Positions 18,926 to 32,421 of a DNA stretch of 64,000 nucleotides are shown here, piece after piece. The notes below the pieces were generated by a model, which saw only the letters and a program-made list of their open reading frames with translations, did not search any database and was not told the DNA's origin. This DNA is from an uncultured Chloroflexia bacterium (GTDB lineage: Bacteria; Chloroflexota; Limnocylindria; Limnocylindrales; CSP1-4). Positions within the stretch are counted from its first letter, which is position 1. Each line of letters begins with the position of its first letter. The translations under genes were made by a program, and so were the position numbers. Where the stretch lies: contig CAVYIM010000004.1 in the NCBI GenBank assembly GCA_963768655.1, positions 384,001-448,000 of the forward strand, given 5' to 3'.

Positions 18926-20361
18926 CCACCGTCGCTCGCCCCACTCGCCCGCGCGCCCGCGCTCGCACCGGCATGCTCCAGGCGGATCTAACCGCACGGC
19001 GAACGGTATCGCGTGGACAGCTCATCCTGGGACTGGCGATCCTGACGCTCGTCGTTCTCGGCGTGGTCGTCGCGCCGATGTCGACCGCTGTCGGTCTGAT
19101 CGCGCTCGCCACGCTGGCCTACCTCGCGGCCCTGCTGCACCGGCTGGCGACCTTCTGGCTGTCCCTCCGCCACCCCGACACGGTGGTCATCACGGACGAA
19201 GAGGCTCGATCGTTACCCGAACACTCTCTGCCCGTGTACACGATCCTGGTGCCGGCCTACCACGAACCTTCGGTCATCGCCGCGCTGATCGCCCGCCTCT
19301 CGGAACTCGAGTACCCGGTCGACAAGCTCGATATCCGGTTGCTTCTGGAGCGGGACGACCGCGAGACGATCGACGCCGCAGCAGCCGCCCACCCGGGTCC
19401 TCAATTCACGATCGTGCGAGTTCCGCACTCGGAGCCCAGGACCAAGCCCAAGGCATGCAACTATGGTCTCGAGGGCGCTCGAGGCGACTTCGTGACCATC
19501 TACGACGCCGAGGACCGGCCGGAGCCACTCCAGCTCCGGCGGGCGGTTGCGGCTTTCAGCCGGCTCGGGCCGACCGTGGCCTGCCTGCAGGCGAAGCTGT
19601 CCTATTACAACGCGGAACAGAACCTGCTGACTCGCTGGTTCACGATCGAGTACGCGATGTGGTTCTCCTTCCTTCTGCCCGGCCTAGTCGCGCAGCGCGG
19701 GCCGCTGCCCCTCGGAGGAACCTCCAACCATTTCCGCGGAGAGATCCTCAACGCCGTCGGCGGGTGGGACCCATACAACGTCACCGAAGACGCGGATCTC
19801 GGCATCCGCCTCGCTCGCCGCGGCTATCAGACTCGTGTTCTCGAGAGCACGACGCTCGAAGAAGCCAACAGCGACGTCATCAACTGGATCAAGCAACGGT
19901 CGCGCTGGTACAAGGGCTATCTCCAGACCTGGCTGGTTCACACTCGCCATCCGCGTGAGCTCTGGCGCGAGCTGGGCTGGCGCGGCTTCGTGGGCTTCAA
20001 CCTGTTCGTGGCCGGAACGCCGTTGCTGTCTCTGATCAACCCGGTCTTCTGGCTGCTGACGGCGCTTTGGTTCCTGATCCATCCGCCGGTCATCCTGGCG
20101 CTCTTTCCGGCGTGGCTCTATTACATGAGTCTCGCGGTCATGGTCCTGGGCAACGTCTCGCTCTTCTACAGCTGGCTCGTCAGCGCGCGCATGGCCGGCT
20201 CGTGGAAGCTCGTCTTCGCGTCCTTGCTGATTCCCGTCTATTGGGTGCTGATGTCCCTGGCGGTGATCAAGGCCGCGGTGCAACTGATCAGCGCACCGTC
20301 CTTCTGGGAGAAGACTGTCCACGGCCTGGACGCGACGCCTTCACCGAAGACTGGGACGTAG
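18922..20361 (+). CDS. Processive membrane GT2 glycosyltransferase (XagB/cellulose-synthase-like)
   Basis: YTILVPAYHE, RTKPKACNYGL, IYDAED, LGGTSNHFR, VTEDADLG, QRSRW (QxxRW), N- and C-terminal TM helices; ATGA overlap with exosortase stop. Confidence 0.92.
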   Translation: MTTVARPTRPRARARTGMLQADLTARRTVSRGQLILGLAILTLVVLGVVVAPMSTAVGLIALATLAYLAALLHRLATFWLSLRHPDTVVITDEEARSLPEHSLPVYTILVPAYHEPSVIAALIARLSELEYPVDKLDIRLLLERDDRETIDAAAAAHPGPQFTIVRVPHSEPRTKPKACNYGLEGARGDFVTIYDAEDRPEPLQLRRAVAAFSRLGPTVACLQAKLSYYNAEQNLLTRWFTIEYAMWFSFLLPGLVAQRGPLPLGGTSNHFRGEILNAVGGWDPYNVTEDADLGIRLARRGYQTRVLESTTLEEANSDVINWIKQRSRWYKGYLQTWLVHTRHPRELWRELGWRGFVGFNLFVAGTPLLSLINPVFWLLTALWFLIHPPVILALFPAWLYYMSLAVMVLGNVSLFYSWLVSARMAGSWKLVFASLLIPVYWVLMSLAVIKAAVQLISAPSFWEKTVHGLDATPSPKTGT

Positions 20362-20474
20362 GCCCGCTTTCTGCCCGGAGAGCTGACACTCGCGTTGGAA
20401 GGTCTGGAGCCGTAAGCTCGGGCTTGCACCTCGGTTGGAAGCGGACGGTCCGTTCGCGAGTTCGTCGCGATGGG

Positions 20475-21110
20475 TTAGCTCGCGGAGTAGCCGCGCATGA
20501 CGTTGTCCACGACGCGCTCCGCGAACGCCCGGTCGAGCTCGCCGCCGAACATCAACCGGAAGTAGACCGGGCCTACGAGCAGCTCCGTGGCGACGTCGAC
20601 GTCCGCGTCGGGGCAGAGGTCGCCGCGCTCGATCCCTCGGGCGATCATGCGCGCGATCTCGTCGCGGCGCGCCTGGACGACGGTGGCTCGGAACCGATTT
20701 CCCAGTGAGGGGTTGGTGGCGATCTGTGAGAGCAGTGCGCGAATGACGGGGCCGAAATCGGTCTCGGTCACGGCCCGAATCGGATTCATCACCGCCGTGA
20801 GCATCTCCTCGCGCGTGTCGCCGGTCTCCTCGATGGCGATGTGAGGCGCGGCCAGATCGGCCAGGAGCGCCTGGGCCAGCTCTTCCTTGGATCGCCAGCG
20901 GCGATAGATCGTCGCCTTGCCGACGCCGGCGTGGGCCGCCACGTGCTCGAGTCGCAGACCCGAGTAGCCCTCCTTGATCAGCTGCTCCCGGGCCGCGTCG
21001 AGGATCGCCCGGTGGGCCTTGTCGCTGCGTGGCCGGCCCCTGTGCGTACTCGCGCTCAACAAGGTTGCGGTTGAGTTGCGAGACGGAGCGTCTTGATTAA
21101 TCCCGACCAT
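20475..21110 (-). CDS. TetR/AcrR-family transcriptional regulator
   Basis: RGRPRS..AILDAARE..GYSGLRLEHVAAHAGVGKATIYRRWRSKEEL. Confidence 0.93.
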   Translation of the reverse strand: MVGINQDAPSRNSTATLLSASTHRGRPRSDKAHRAILDAAREQLIKEGYSGLRLEHVAAHAGVGKATIYRRWRSKEELAQALLADLAAPHIAIEETGDTREEMLTAVMNPIRAVTETDFGPVIRALLSQIATNPSLGNRFRATVVQARRDEIARMIARGIERGDLCPDADVDVATELLVGPVYFRLMFGGELDRAFAERVVDNVMRGYSAS

Positions 21111-21119
21111 TCGAGTATG

Positions 21120-21137
21120 ATACGGAACGGCTCGTAT
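21120..21137. promoter_or_regulatory. Probable TetR operator ATACG-N8-CGTAT overlapping the tetR -10 (TATCAT, minus strand)
   Basis: Inverted repeat in the 47-bp divergent intergenic gap. Confidence 0.6.
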
Positions 21138-21157
21138 TAGAGCAAGGAGAAACTGAC

Positions 21158-21388
21158 ATGATCGACAACTGGAGTGCGCTGGACCGGATCGAACACGTCG
21201 AGCGCGAGACACCCTTCTGCATGTGCGGGCAGCCAACGTCGGCTGCGGCACGGCCCGACGGGATCTGGCTCGAGTGCGTATCGCTCCAAGCGCCGGATGC
21301 CAGCCGAATCGGGCGATTTCTGTCCGTGCTCACGGCAGGCGATCACACCCGCCAGCTGATCGTCGGCCTCGTCGAGGATGCGGCCTAG
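21158..21388 (+). CDS. Small hypothetical protein with CxC...C motif
   Basis: AAGGAG RBS; TPFCMCGQPT..IWLECVSL. Confidence 0.65.
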   Translation: MIDNWSALDRIEHVERETPFCMCGQPTSAAARPDGIWLECVSLQAPDASRIGRFLSVLTAGDHTRQLIVGLVEDAA

Positions 21389-21640
21389 TCCGCTCGACCC
21401 GGACGCAGACTCTCCGCCGCGGCCCGGCCTCTGACCAGAGCCTGAAGGTTGCCGCGGCGACTGGCCCGAGCCCCCTTTTTCAGGGTCACCGTCCACATGG
21501 CCTATCCAGTACGCGGCGGTCCTGGCCTTCGTAGGGCGAACGTCAATGCGGTCGGTCCCGACGACCCTGGCCCATCACAGCCGCTGCCTACCTGCCGCCG
21601 GACACAGCCCGGCGCCGACTCATCGAAAGGAACCACCCAC

Positions 21641-21832
21641 ATGTTGACCCCTCAGATCATCAGAGACATACACAACCAGCAAATTCGCGAACTCGAGCGG
21701 GCGCAGCCGGACGGCGACGGCCTGGCGGCAACCCCTCGATCCTCGGTTCGCCAGAGAGTCGGGCGAGGACTCGTCCGGGTCGGGTACGCTCTCGCTTCCG
21801 AAAGCACCCGGCAGCAGGCAACCCCCTGCTAG
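21641..21832 (+). CDS. Small hypothetical protein (63 aa)
   Basis: GAAAGGA RBS; MLTPQIIRDIHNQQIRELERA..RQRVGRGLVRVGYALA. Confidence 0.6.
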   Translation: MLTPQIIRDIHNQQIRELERAQPDGDGLAATPRSSVRQRVGRGLVRVGYALASESTRQQATPC

Positions 21833-21920
21833 GGGGCGAGGAACCAGCCGGTCGTGGAGCCGCCTTCCGTCGTCAGCGTCCGCCGGCCCCGGCGGAGCGG
21901 CTCCGGTACACTCGGCCGGA

Positions 21921-22631
21921 ATGAGCGCGGTCATCGCCCTCGTCGGCTCCGGCGAGTTCACTCCGGCAATGGCCGGGGTGGATCGAGGCCTGCTGGCCGC
22001 CACCGGCCGCGACCGGCCGCGCGTGGCGATCGTGCCGGCAGCCTCGTGGCCGGACGGCGAGGTTGTCTTCAACCGATGGGCTGTCCAGGGCGAGGCCCAT
22101 TTCGCGGCCCTCGGCGCAGTGCCGGTACCCATCCTCATCACGGACCGGGCGTCGGCCGACGATCCAGTCGCGGTAGCGGGGATCTCGGCCGCGGACCTCG
22201 TCTATCTCTCCGGCGGCAAACCGGGCCACCTCCTGGCGATGCTGCGGGACAGTGCGGCTGGTGACGCGCTGCGGGAGGCGCACGCTCGGGGAGCGGTGAT
22301 CGCGGGCTGCTCAGCAGGCGCGATGGTACTTGGCGGGCACCAGTTCCACGTCGGCGCCGGGCGCTTCCTAAAGGTGCCTGTGGGCTGGCAGGATGGGCTG
22401 GGCCTGGTGCCCGGCATCGTGGTGGTGCCCCACTACGATGCCATCCCGGAAACGTTCGTGGCGCCGCTTGTACTTGCCGCTCCAAAGGGCGCGCTGGTGA
22501 TCGGGATCGACGAGGAAACCGCGCTCGTCGGTCGCGACGGTACGTGGCAGGTTCAGGGACGCGGCCGCGTGACGGTCTGGCGAGGAATGAAGCGCGAGCG
22601 TCACCGCGAGGGTTCGTCGGTTACGTTCTGA
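21921..22631 (+). CDS. Peptidase S51 / cyanophycinase-like (class I glutamine amidotransferase-like fold)
   Basis: IALVGSGEF, LVYLSGGKP, IAGCSAGAM nucleophile, VVPHYD, GIDEETAL. Confidence 0.88.
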   Translation: MSAVIALVGSGEFTPAMAGVDRGLLAATGRDRPRVAIVPAASWPDGEVVFNRWAVQGEAHFAALGAVPVPILITDRASADDPVAVAGISAADLVYLSGGKPGHLLAMLRDSAAGDALREAHARGAVIAGCSAGAMVLGGHQFHVGAGRFLKVPVGWQDGLGLVPGIVVVPHYDAIPETFVAPLVLAAPKGALVIGIDEETALVGRDGTWQVQGRGRVTVWRGMKRERHREGSSVTF

Positions 22632-22757
22632 ATCCGCGCGGCGCTGGCCGGTACCAATTCGGTCCAGGGCGCCCGAGCCAGCCGATATGGCAGGCCGCGC
22701 GGCGCCACGAATGCGCCAAGCGACGGCACGTGTCGCTGCGTTTGATATCTTGCCCAC

Positions 22758-23576
22758 ATGGATCGTCGCGCGCTGGACCAGCCGCCGGGAAACGTGGCCG
22801 CAAGCGGGCCGATCACCGCCTGGTGGCTCGGCCGGACGCGGTATCGCGACGCGTGGGACCTTCAGCACCGCATCGTCGCGGCCCGCGCCGCCGGCACGGT
22901 TGGCGACCAGTTGCTGCTCCTCGAGCACGAGCCAGTCCTGACGCTGGGCCGTCATTCGGACCCCAGCCACGTCCTCGCCAGCCCGGCCGAGCTGGCCGCC
23001 CGCCAGATAGAGTTGATACGGAGCGAGCGCGGCGGTGAGGTGACCTACCACGGCCCCGGCCAGCTGACCGCCTATCCGATCGTTCGCCTGGCCGACCGCG
23101 GGCTCTACATCCGATCGTTCGTCCGGGCGCTTGAGGCCGCCCTTGCGGAAACCTGCACCGACTTCGGAGTCGAAGCCGGGCGCAAGGAGGGCTATCCCGG
23201 TTGCTGGTGCGCCGCCGGCATGCGCAAGATCGGCGCCGTGGGCGTTCGGGTTGAGCGCGGCGTGACGTACCACGGCATCGCCCTCAATGTCTCCGTCCGG
23301 CTCGCCGACTTCGAACTGATCGACGCCTGCGGCATGCCCGGTCTCGAATCGACCTCCATCGCCAGAGAGCGAGACGAGGCGGCCGAACCACCGACCGAAT
23401 CGGTCGCCGGGGCCGCCGCCGCCTTCGCACGGGCGCTGGCTCGGGCCCTCGGGACATCGGTCGAGGGTGCCCTGCCGCCTGGCGCCGAGCCGGCCCGAGC
23501 TCGCCGGGAGCTGGAGGGGTTGCTCGGGATTGCCAGCCCTGCCATCTCGGCCGCGGCCGCGGCGGGAGTCCGCTGA
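22758..23576 (+). CDS. lipB: Lipoyl(octanoyl) transferase
   Basis: LLLLEHEPVLTLGR, RGGEVTYHGPGQL, RKIGAVG, YHGIALN, ACG. Confidence 0.95.
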   Translation: MDRRALDQPPGNVAASGPITAWWLGRTRYRDAWDLQHRIVAARAAGTVGDQLLLLEHEPVLTLGRHSDPSHVLASPAELAARQIELIRSERGGEVTYHGPGQLTAYPIVRLADRGLYIRSFVRALEAALAETCTDFGVEAGRKEGYPGCWCAAGMRKIGAVGVRVERGVTYHGIALNVSVRLADFELIDACGMPGLESTSIARERDEAAEPPTESVAGAAAAFARALARALGTSVEGALPPGAEPARARRELEGLLGIASPAISAAAAAGVR

Positions 23577-24571
23577 TGGGAGCCGGACTCTTCGAGCTGC
23601 GCCGGGACGCGATTACCGGCTGGTGGGTCGCGACGGTCGTTGACCGCCAGTTCAACCGGGGCCGCTTCTCCCTGCGCGCCGAACCCGTGGACGACGGCGG
23701 CACGTGCCAGAACTGCACTCAGCCGTCCGGGGACGGCGTTCGCGTCAGGATCCTCAAGGACTACGCTTTCAACGTCGTCGGCACCAACGAGGAAGCGCGG
23801 GAGATGGAGCGCAGCCTGGCCCAGGTGGCGCTGTCGCAGGCGAGGGCTTCGGGCAGCTGGCGGACGATCGTCGCGCCTCCGGGGGAGCATCGACCGCTGC
23901 AGCTCATCGGCAGCGGCCTGCTGTGCGAGCTGCTGTCGGTCGCGCGGGGGGCGATCGCCGGCGCCACCGCACTGGGCCAGACCGAGTACGTGCAGGTCGT
24001 CCAGAACTGGGGCGCCCAGGCCGGCGCGCGTACCAACCACCTCTGCCTGGATCTGTACGATCTGCCGCAAATTCCTCATCGCGTCTCGGAGGAGATCGGC
24101 GGCGCGGCAAGGTACCTGATACGCGAGGGCGAGTGTCCGTATTGCCGGATCGCGCGCGAGGAGTCGAAGGCCGGCACGCGCTTGATCTGGCAGGACGAGG
24201 CGAGCGTGGCCTACGCTCCATTCGCGTCGCGCTCGCCGTTCGAGGTATGGATCGTGCCACGCCGCCACGCCGCGGACTTCGGCCGCGCGGAGGACGCGGA
24301 TATCGCTTCCACGGCGGAGGCTCTGCGACAGGTCCTGGGGCGCCTGACCCGCCTCGACGGCCCGCCGCACAATCTCGTCCTTCACACGGCACCCCTCCGC
24401 GAAAGGGTCGACGCGACGTACCATTGGCACTGGGAGATTCACCCGCGACTGCGGGAGATCGCCGGCCTCGAGTTGGGCACGGGTCTGCCAGTGAACCCGG
24501 TGTCTCCGGAAGAGGCCGTCGAACAGTTGCTAGGCCATCGATCCGAAGGGGAATCCGCAGGACTGCCATGA
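23576..24571 (+). CDS. GalT-like (HIT superfamily) nucleotidyltransferase with atypical active site
   Basis: ELRRDAITGWWV, QNWGAQAGA, CPYC, PFASRSPFEVWIVPRRH, YHWHWEIHPRL, AGLELGTG..NPVSPE; catalytic HxHxQ reads HLCLD. Confidence 0.82.
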   Translation: MGAGLFELRRDAITGWWVATVVDRQFNRGRFSLRAEPVDDGGTCQNCTQPSGDGVRVRILKDYAFNVVGTNEEAREMERSLAQVALSQARASGSWRTIVAPPGEHRPLQLIGSGLLCELLSVARGAIAGATALGQTEYVQVVQNWGAQAGARTNHLCLDLYDLPQIPHRVSEEIGGAARYLIREGECPYCRIAREESKAGTRLIWQDEASVAYAPFASRSPFEVWIVPRRHAADFGRAEDADIASTAEALRQVLGRLTRLDGPPHNLVLHTAPLRERVDATYHWHWEIHPRLREIAGLELGTGLPVNPVSPEEAVEQLLGHRSEGESAGLP

Positions 24572-24657
24572 GATTCGGGGGATCGTCACGGCGTCACAGC
24601 AGCGGAGGCGCCGCCGTCACAGCAACCAGGCGCGCCAGGGCGCGCCTCCCAGTGACG

Positions 24658-24684
24658 GCATCCCGGATAGCGGCGGCATCGACT
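24658..24684 (+). promoter_or_regulatory. Candidate ECF-type autoregulatory promoter GCATCC-N16-CGACT
   Basis: Motifs and spacing resemble ECF promoters; lies 39 nt upstream of the ECF gene. Confidence 0.35.
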
Positions 24685-24722
24685 TGGCGCTCCAAACCAC
24701 AGCCTGGCGATTGGGGGTCGGC

Positions 24723-25342
24723 GTGACGGCCACGGCCGAACGGTCGGCCGACCGCGCCTTCATCGAGGAGCTTTTTGCCCGCCACCACTCCGAGATCTAC
24801 GCTTACTTGATCCGCATGATGCGCGACGCCGACCTGGCGGCCGATCTGGCCCAGGACACCTTCATCCGCGCCTACCGCGCTATCGAGAGCCTGGAGGACC
24901 GGGCCAAGGCCCGGGCGTGGCTGTACCAGATCGCCCATCGCATCGCTCTCGACGAGATCCGCCACCGCCGCATCGTGCGCTTCCTGCCGCTGACCACCGA
25001 ATCCCACGGCGCCGCTCCATCCGCCGAGCATCTGGCGATGGAGATGAGACTATCCGGCCCTCTGGCGCGCGCTCTCGCTCGAATCCCAGAACGACAGCGA
25101 AACGCTCTCCTGATGGCCGAAGTCGGAGATCTCACCGGCCTGGAACTGGCGGAGGCGCTGGGCGTCAGCCACGTCGCAGCGCGTGCCCTCCTCACCCGTG
25201 CGCGCGAGAGCCTGCGCCAGACCCTCGCCGAGGAGAGGCGCCTGGAGAAGGAGCGCGAAGACGCTCTCGACGCCGCATTCGCCGAGAAGGCGCGCGCCGC
25301 TGACCCCCGCCGCCACGCCGACGACTCGAAGGGTGCCGACAG

Positions 25343-25346
<4 letters not shown>
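24723..25346 (+). CDS. ECF RNA polymerase sigma factor
   Basis: AADLAQDTFIRAY, AWLYQIAHRIALDEIR, IPERQRNALL..ELAEALGVS..LLTRARESLR. Confidence 0.92.
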
Positions 25347-29425
<4,079 letters not shown>

Positions 29426-29429
<4 letters not shown>

Positions 29430-30910
29430 CCCCGCCGTCGAAGACGACCGCCAGCGCGACCGAGCTCGGCCCGGGGGTCGGCGACGTAGTGGAGCGGTTC
29501 GAGCTCGAGAAGGCCTGGCTGGTCGACCCTGTCTCCGGGCGCGAAGGCCCGGGCGAAATCGTCGTCATCGACGGCGTCCTCGAGTCGGTCGTCTGGCTCG
29601 AAGGCGAAGAGTCCGGCGGCGTCACCGACAAGGGCGTCGTCGTCGCGCCAGGCTTCTTCGACCTGCACGCTCACTTCCGCGAGCCGGGTTTCGAAGACGC
29701 GGAGACCGTAGCCACGGGCACCACCGCGGCAGCTCACGGGGGCTACACCACGGTCGCGCTGATGCCGAACACCTCGCCCGCCCTCGACGAGCCCGGTGTG
29801 CTGGAGCGTGTCAGAGCGGCAGCTCGGGCGGGCGGATCGCCTGTCGAGGTCCTGGCGTTCGGTGCCGTCTCCGCCGGCCGGGCAGGGGAGCAGCTCTCCG
29901 CGATGGGAGAGCTGGCCGACGCCGGCGTCATCGGCTATTCGGACGACGGTGCGCCGGTTCGAACGGCCAAGCTCCTTCGGAGCGCCCTGCTCTACGCCGG
30001 AATGCTCGGCCTGGCGGTCGTCGATCACGCCGAGGACTCCGAACTGACCGGCGGTGCCGAGGCGAACGAAGGCTACGTCGCCTCGATCATGGGGCTGGCG
30101 GGCTGGCCGGCCGCGGCCGAGGTGAACGCCGTCGCTCGCGACCTCGCCGTCCTCGAGGACGCGCTAGCGGATGAGCCCCGCGCCCGGCTCCACCTGACGC
30201 ATCTCTCGACCGCCGCCTCGCTCGATCTGGTCCGTCGCGCGAAAGCCGCCGGGCTGCCGGTGACCTGCGACGTGACGCCTCACCACCTGGCCTTCGCCGA
30301 TGAGTGGATCGCCGGGGCGCGGCGCTGGTCGTGGGAAGCGCTCGGTCCCGACGGCTCGTCCCGCGACCCGTGGGCGGACGGGGCCCTCACCGCGCCGCCG
30401 TACGACACATCGTTGCGGGTCAACCCGCCACTCAGAACCCCGGCCGAAGCCGCCGCCTGCCTGGCCGCGCTGCTGGACGGAACGGCCTCGGCGGTCGTGA
30501 CCGACCACGCCCCGCACACGGTCGTCGACAAGGAAGTGGAGTTCGGCGGCGCGTCCAACGGCATCAGCGGCATCGAGACGGCGTTGGGTGTGCTGCTCGC
30601 GCTCGTCGACGCCGGCAGACTGCCGCTTGCCCGCGCCATCGCCGCGTTGACGACGGGGCCGGCCTCGATCGTTGCCCGCTGGCCGGCGCTGGCCGCGACC
30701 GCCGCCGCCCGCAAGAGAGGGCTGACCGAGGGCGCCCCCGCGGATCTGGTCGTCTTCGACCGCGCCGATCTGTGGACCGTGACCGAGGCGTCGCTGCGCT
30801 CGAAGGGCAAGAACTCGCCGCTGATCGGCCGCGCGCTGTCCGGTCGGGTGCTGCTCACGATCGCCGGCGGCCGGCTCGGCTACGAGGACCCCGGGGCCGG
30901 CGACGAGTGA
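29426..30910 (+). CDS. pyrC: Dihydroorotase
   Basis: PGFFDLHAHFREPG, MPNT, DHAED, VTPHHL, VNPPLR, TDHAPH, KGKNSP. Confidence 0.95.
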
Positions 30911-31072
30911 ACGACGGATGGGCGGGATCCGGGCCCGAGCGAGACTCGCCGGCGGCGGTGTCGGCGGTACCCTCACTCGTGCGAGAATAGGAGTCCGCGC
31001 TTCCGCGAGCCACGTCGATCCCAATAACCCAGGTTGCGGTCAGCGCCCCGAAGTGAGGAGAACGCGGAACCC

Positions 31073-31399
31073 GTGCCAGTGCTTGCGACCTTCTTCTCAG
31101 TCCGCAGAGGACGCGACCCCTTCTTCAAGTTCTTCATGAAGACGCTGCTGCCTCGCCAGATGAAGCAGTACGAGGAGAAGTTCGGGATCAAGTTCATGGG
31201 CTGGTACAACGTCGCCCATGGCTGGGATTTCGACAACGTGATCCTGCTGGACCTGCCCGACTACGCCACTCTGGACAAGCTCGAGGCCGACGAGGCGACC
31301 CGCGCCCTGGGCCACCGCGCCGGAGAGTGGATGTTCGAGCGGCACCATTCGATGTTCCTCCGGGAGCGCATCGGCCCGGACCTCGAGTTCAAGGGATAG
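31073..31399 (+). CDS. Small protein, probable dimeric alpha-beta barrel (NIPSNAP/GYD-like)
   Basis: GAGGAG RBS, strongly coding-like codons; FGIKFMGWYNVAHGWDFDNVILLDLPDYATLDKL. Confidence 0.7.
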   Translation: MPVLATFFSVRRGRDPFFKFFMKTLLPRQMKQYEEKFGIKFMGWYNVAHGWDFDNVILLDLPDYATLDKLEADEATRALGHRAGEWMFERHHSMFLRERIGPDLEFKG

Positions 31400-31412
31400 G
31401 GAGACGACCGCG

Positions 31413-32421
31413 ATGGATACGAGCCGAAACGACCTGCTCGGCGAACTCGCTGCGGACGCCGCTCTGGAGCGAACCGACTTCCTGGCATCGGCGTCGGCGC
31501 AGCTGGGCCGCTTCCTCGACGGCAACGAGGCGCGCATCCGCGAGCTCGGCGGCGTCGTCCTGATCGACGACGACGTCGACTATCTCGCCATCGACGAGGA
31601 CATGACCTTCCGCAGCCGGAACCGCTACCAGGACGAGGCCACGGGCAAGTGGGTCACCGACACGGAGGTCATCGAATTCGGCCGCGGAGCTCGTCGAGCT
31701 GTACAACCTCGCCGACGTCTTCGCCGCCTTCGCCGAGGCCACCAAGCTCGAGGCCGGCCTGGGACCCGAGCCCACCGCCGCCGGCGATCTGCTGCGCGCT
31801 GCGGACATCGCCCCGGAGGATACGGTCCCGCTCGGAGCCGAGAACCCATACGCCGCCGCAGCCGACGATTGGGCCGCCGGCCACGACTACGAAGAAGCGC
31901 CCGAGACGGAGGAAGAAGCGGCCGAGCGCCTGTACGACCTGGCTCTGGCCTTCCAGGAGCGCAGCCAGCAGACCGAGGCCCATCTCCTGGAGCAGTTCGA
32001 GTCGGCCGCCTCGGCGCTGACCTCGGTGCTGGGCGACCTGATCGTGGTCGACGACGAAGACGAGCGCCTCACGCTCCGCTCTTCGGGTTCCTTCTCCGCC
32101 GAAGTGGTGTCGGAGGAAGACGCGGAGTCGGGCCAGTGGCAGAAGCTCGACAGCCCCGACGAGATCGTCAAGTACTACGATCCCACGGACGTCTTTGGCG
32201 ACCTGGCCGACGCTCTTGCGGAAGCCTTCCCCGACCTGGCCGAAGAGGCACCCGCCGAGGAAGGCGAAGAGGCCGAAGAGGGCGACGAAACCGAGGAGGG
32301 CGAAGAGGCCGAAGAGGGCGACGAAGGCCCAGCTGCCGCGGATGCCGGCGCGAACAAGGATGGCGGCAAGAAGGCTGGCGGCAAGAAGGATGGCGGCAAG
32401 GAGGACGGCGACCGCCAGTGA
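31413..32421 (+). CDS. Very acidic hypothetical protein with internal domain duplication; apparent +1 frameshift at 31677-31678
   Basis: Removing one T gives ..TEVIESAAELVELYNLADVF.. continuous with ORF 32026-32421; TGA overlaps the pyrK GTG. Confidence 0.75.
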
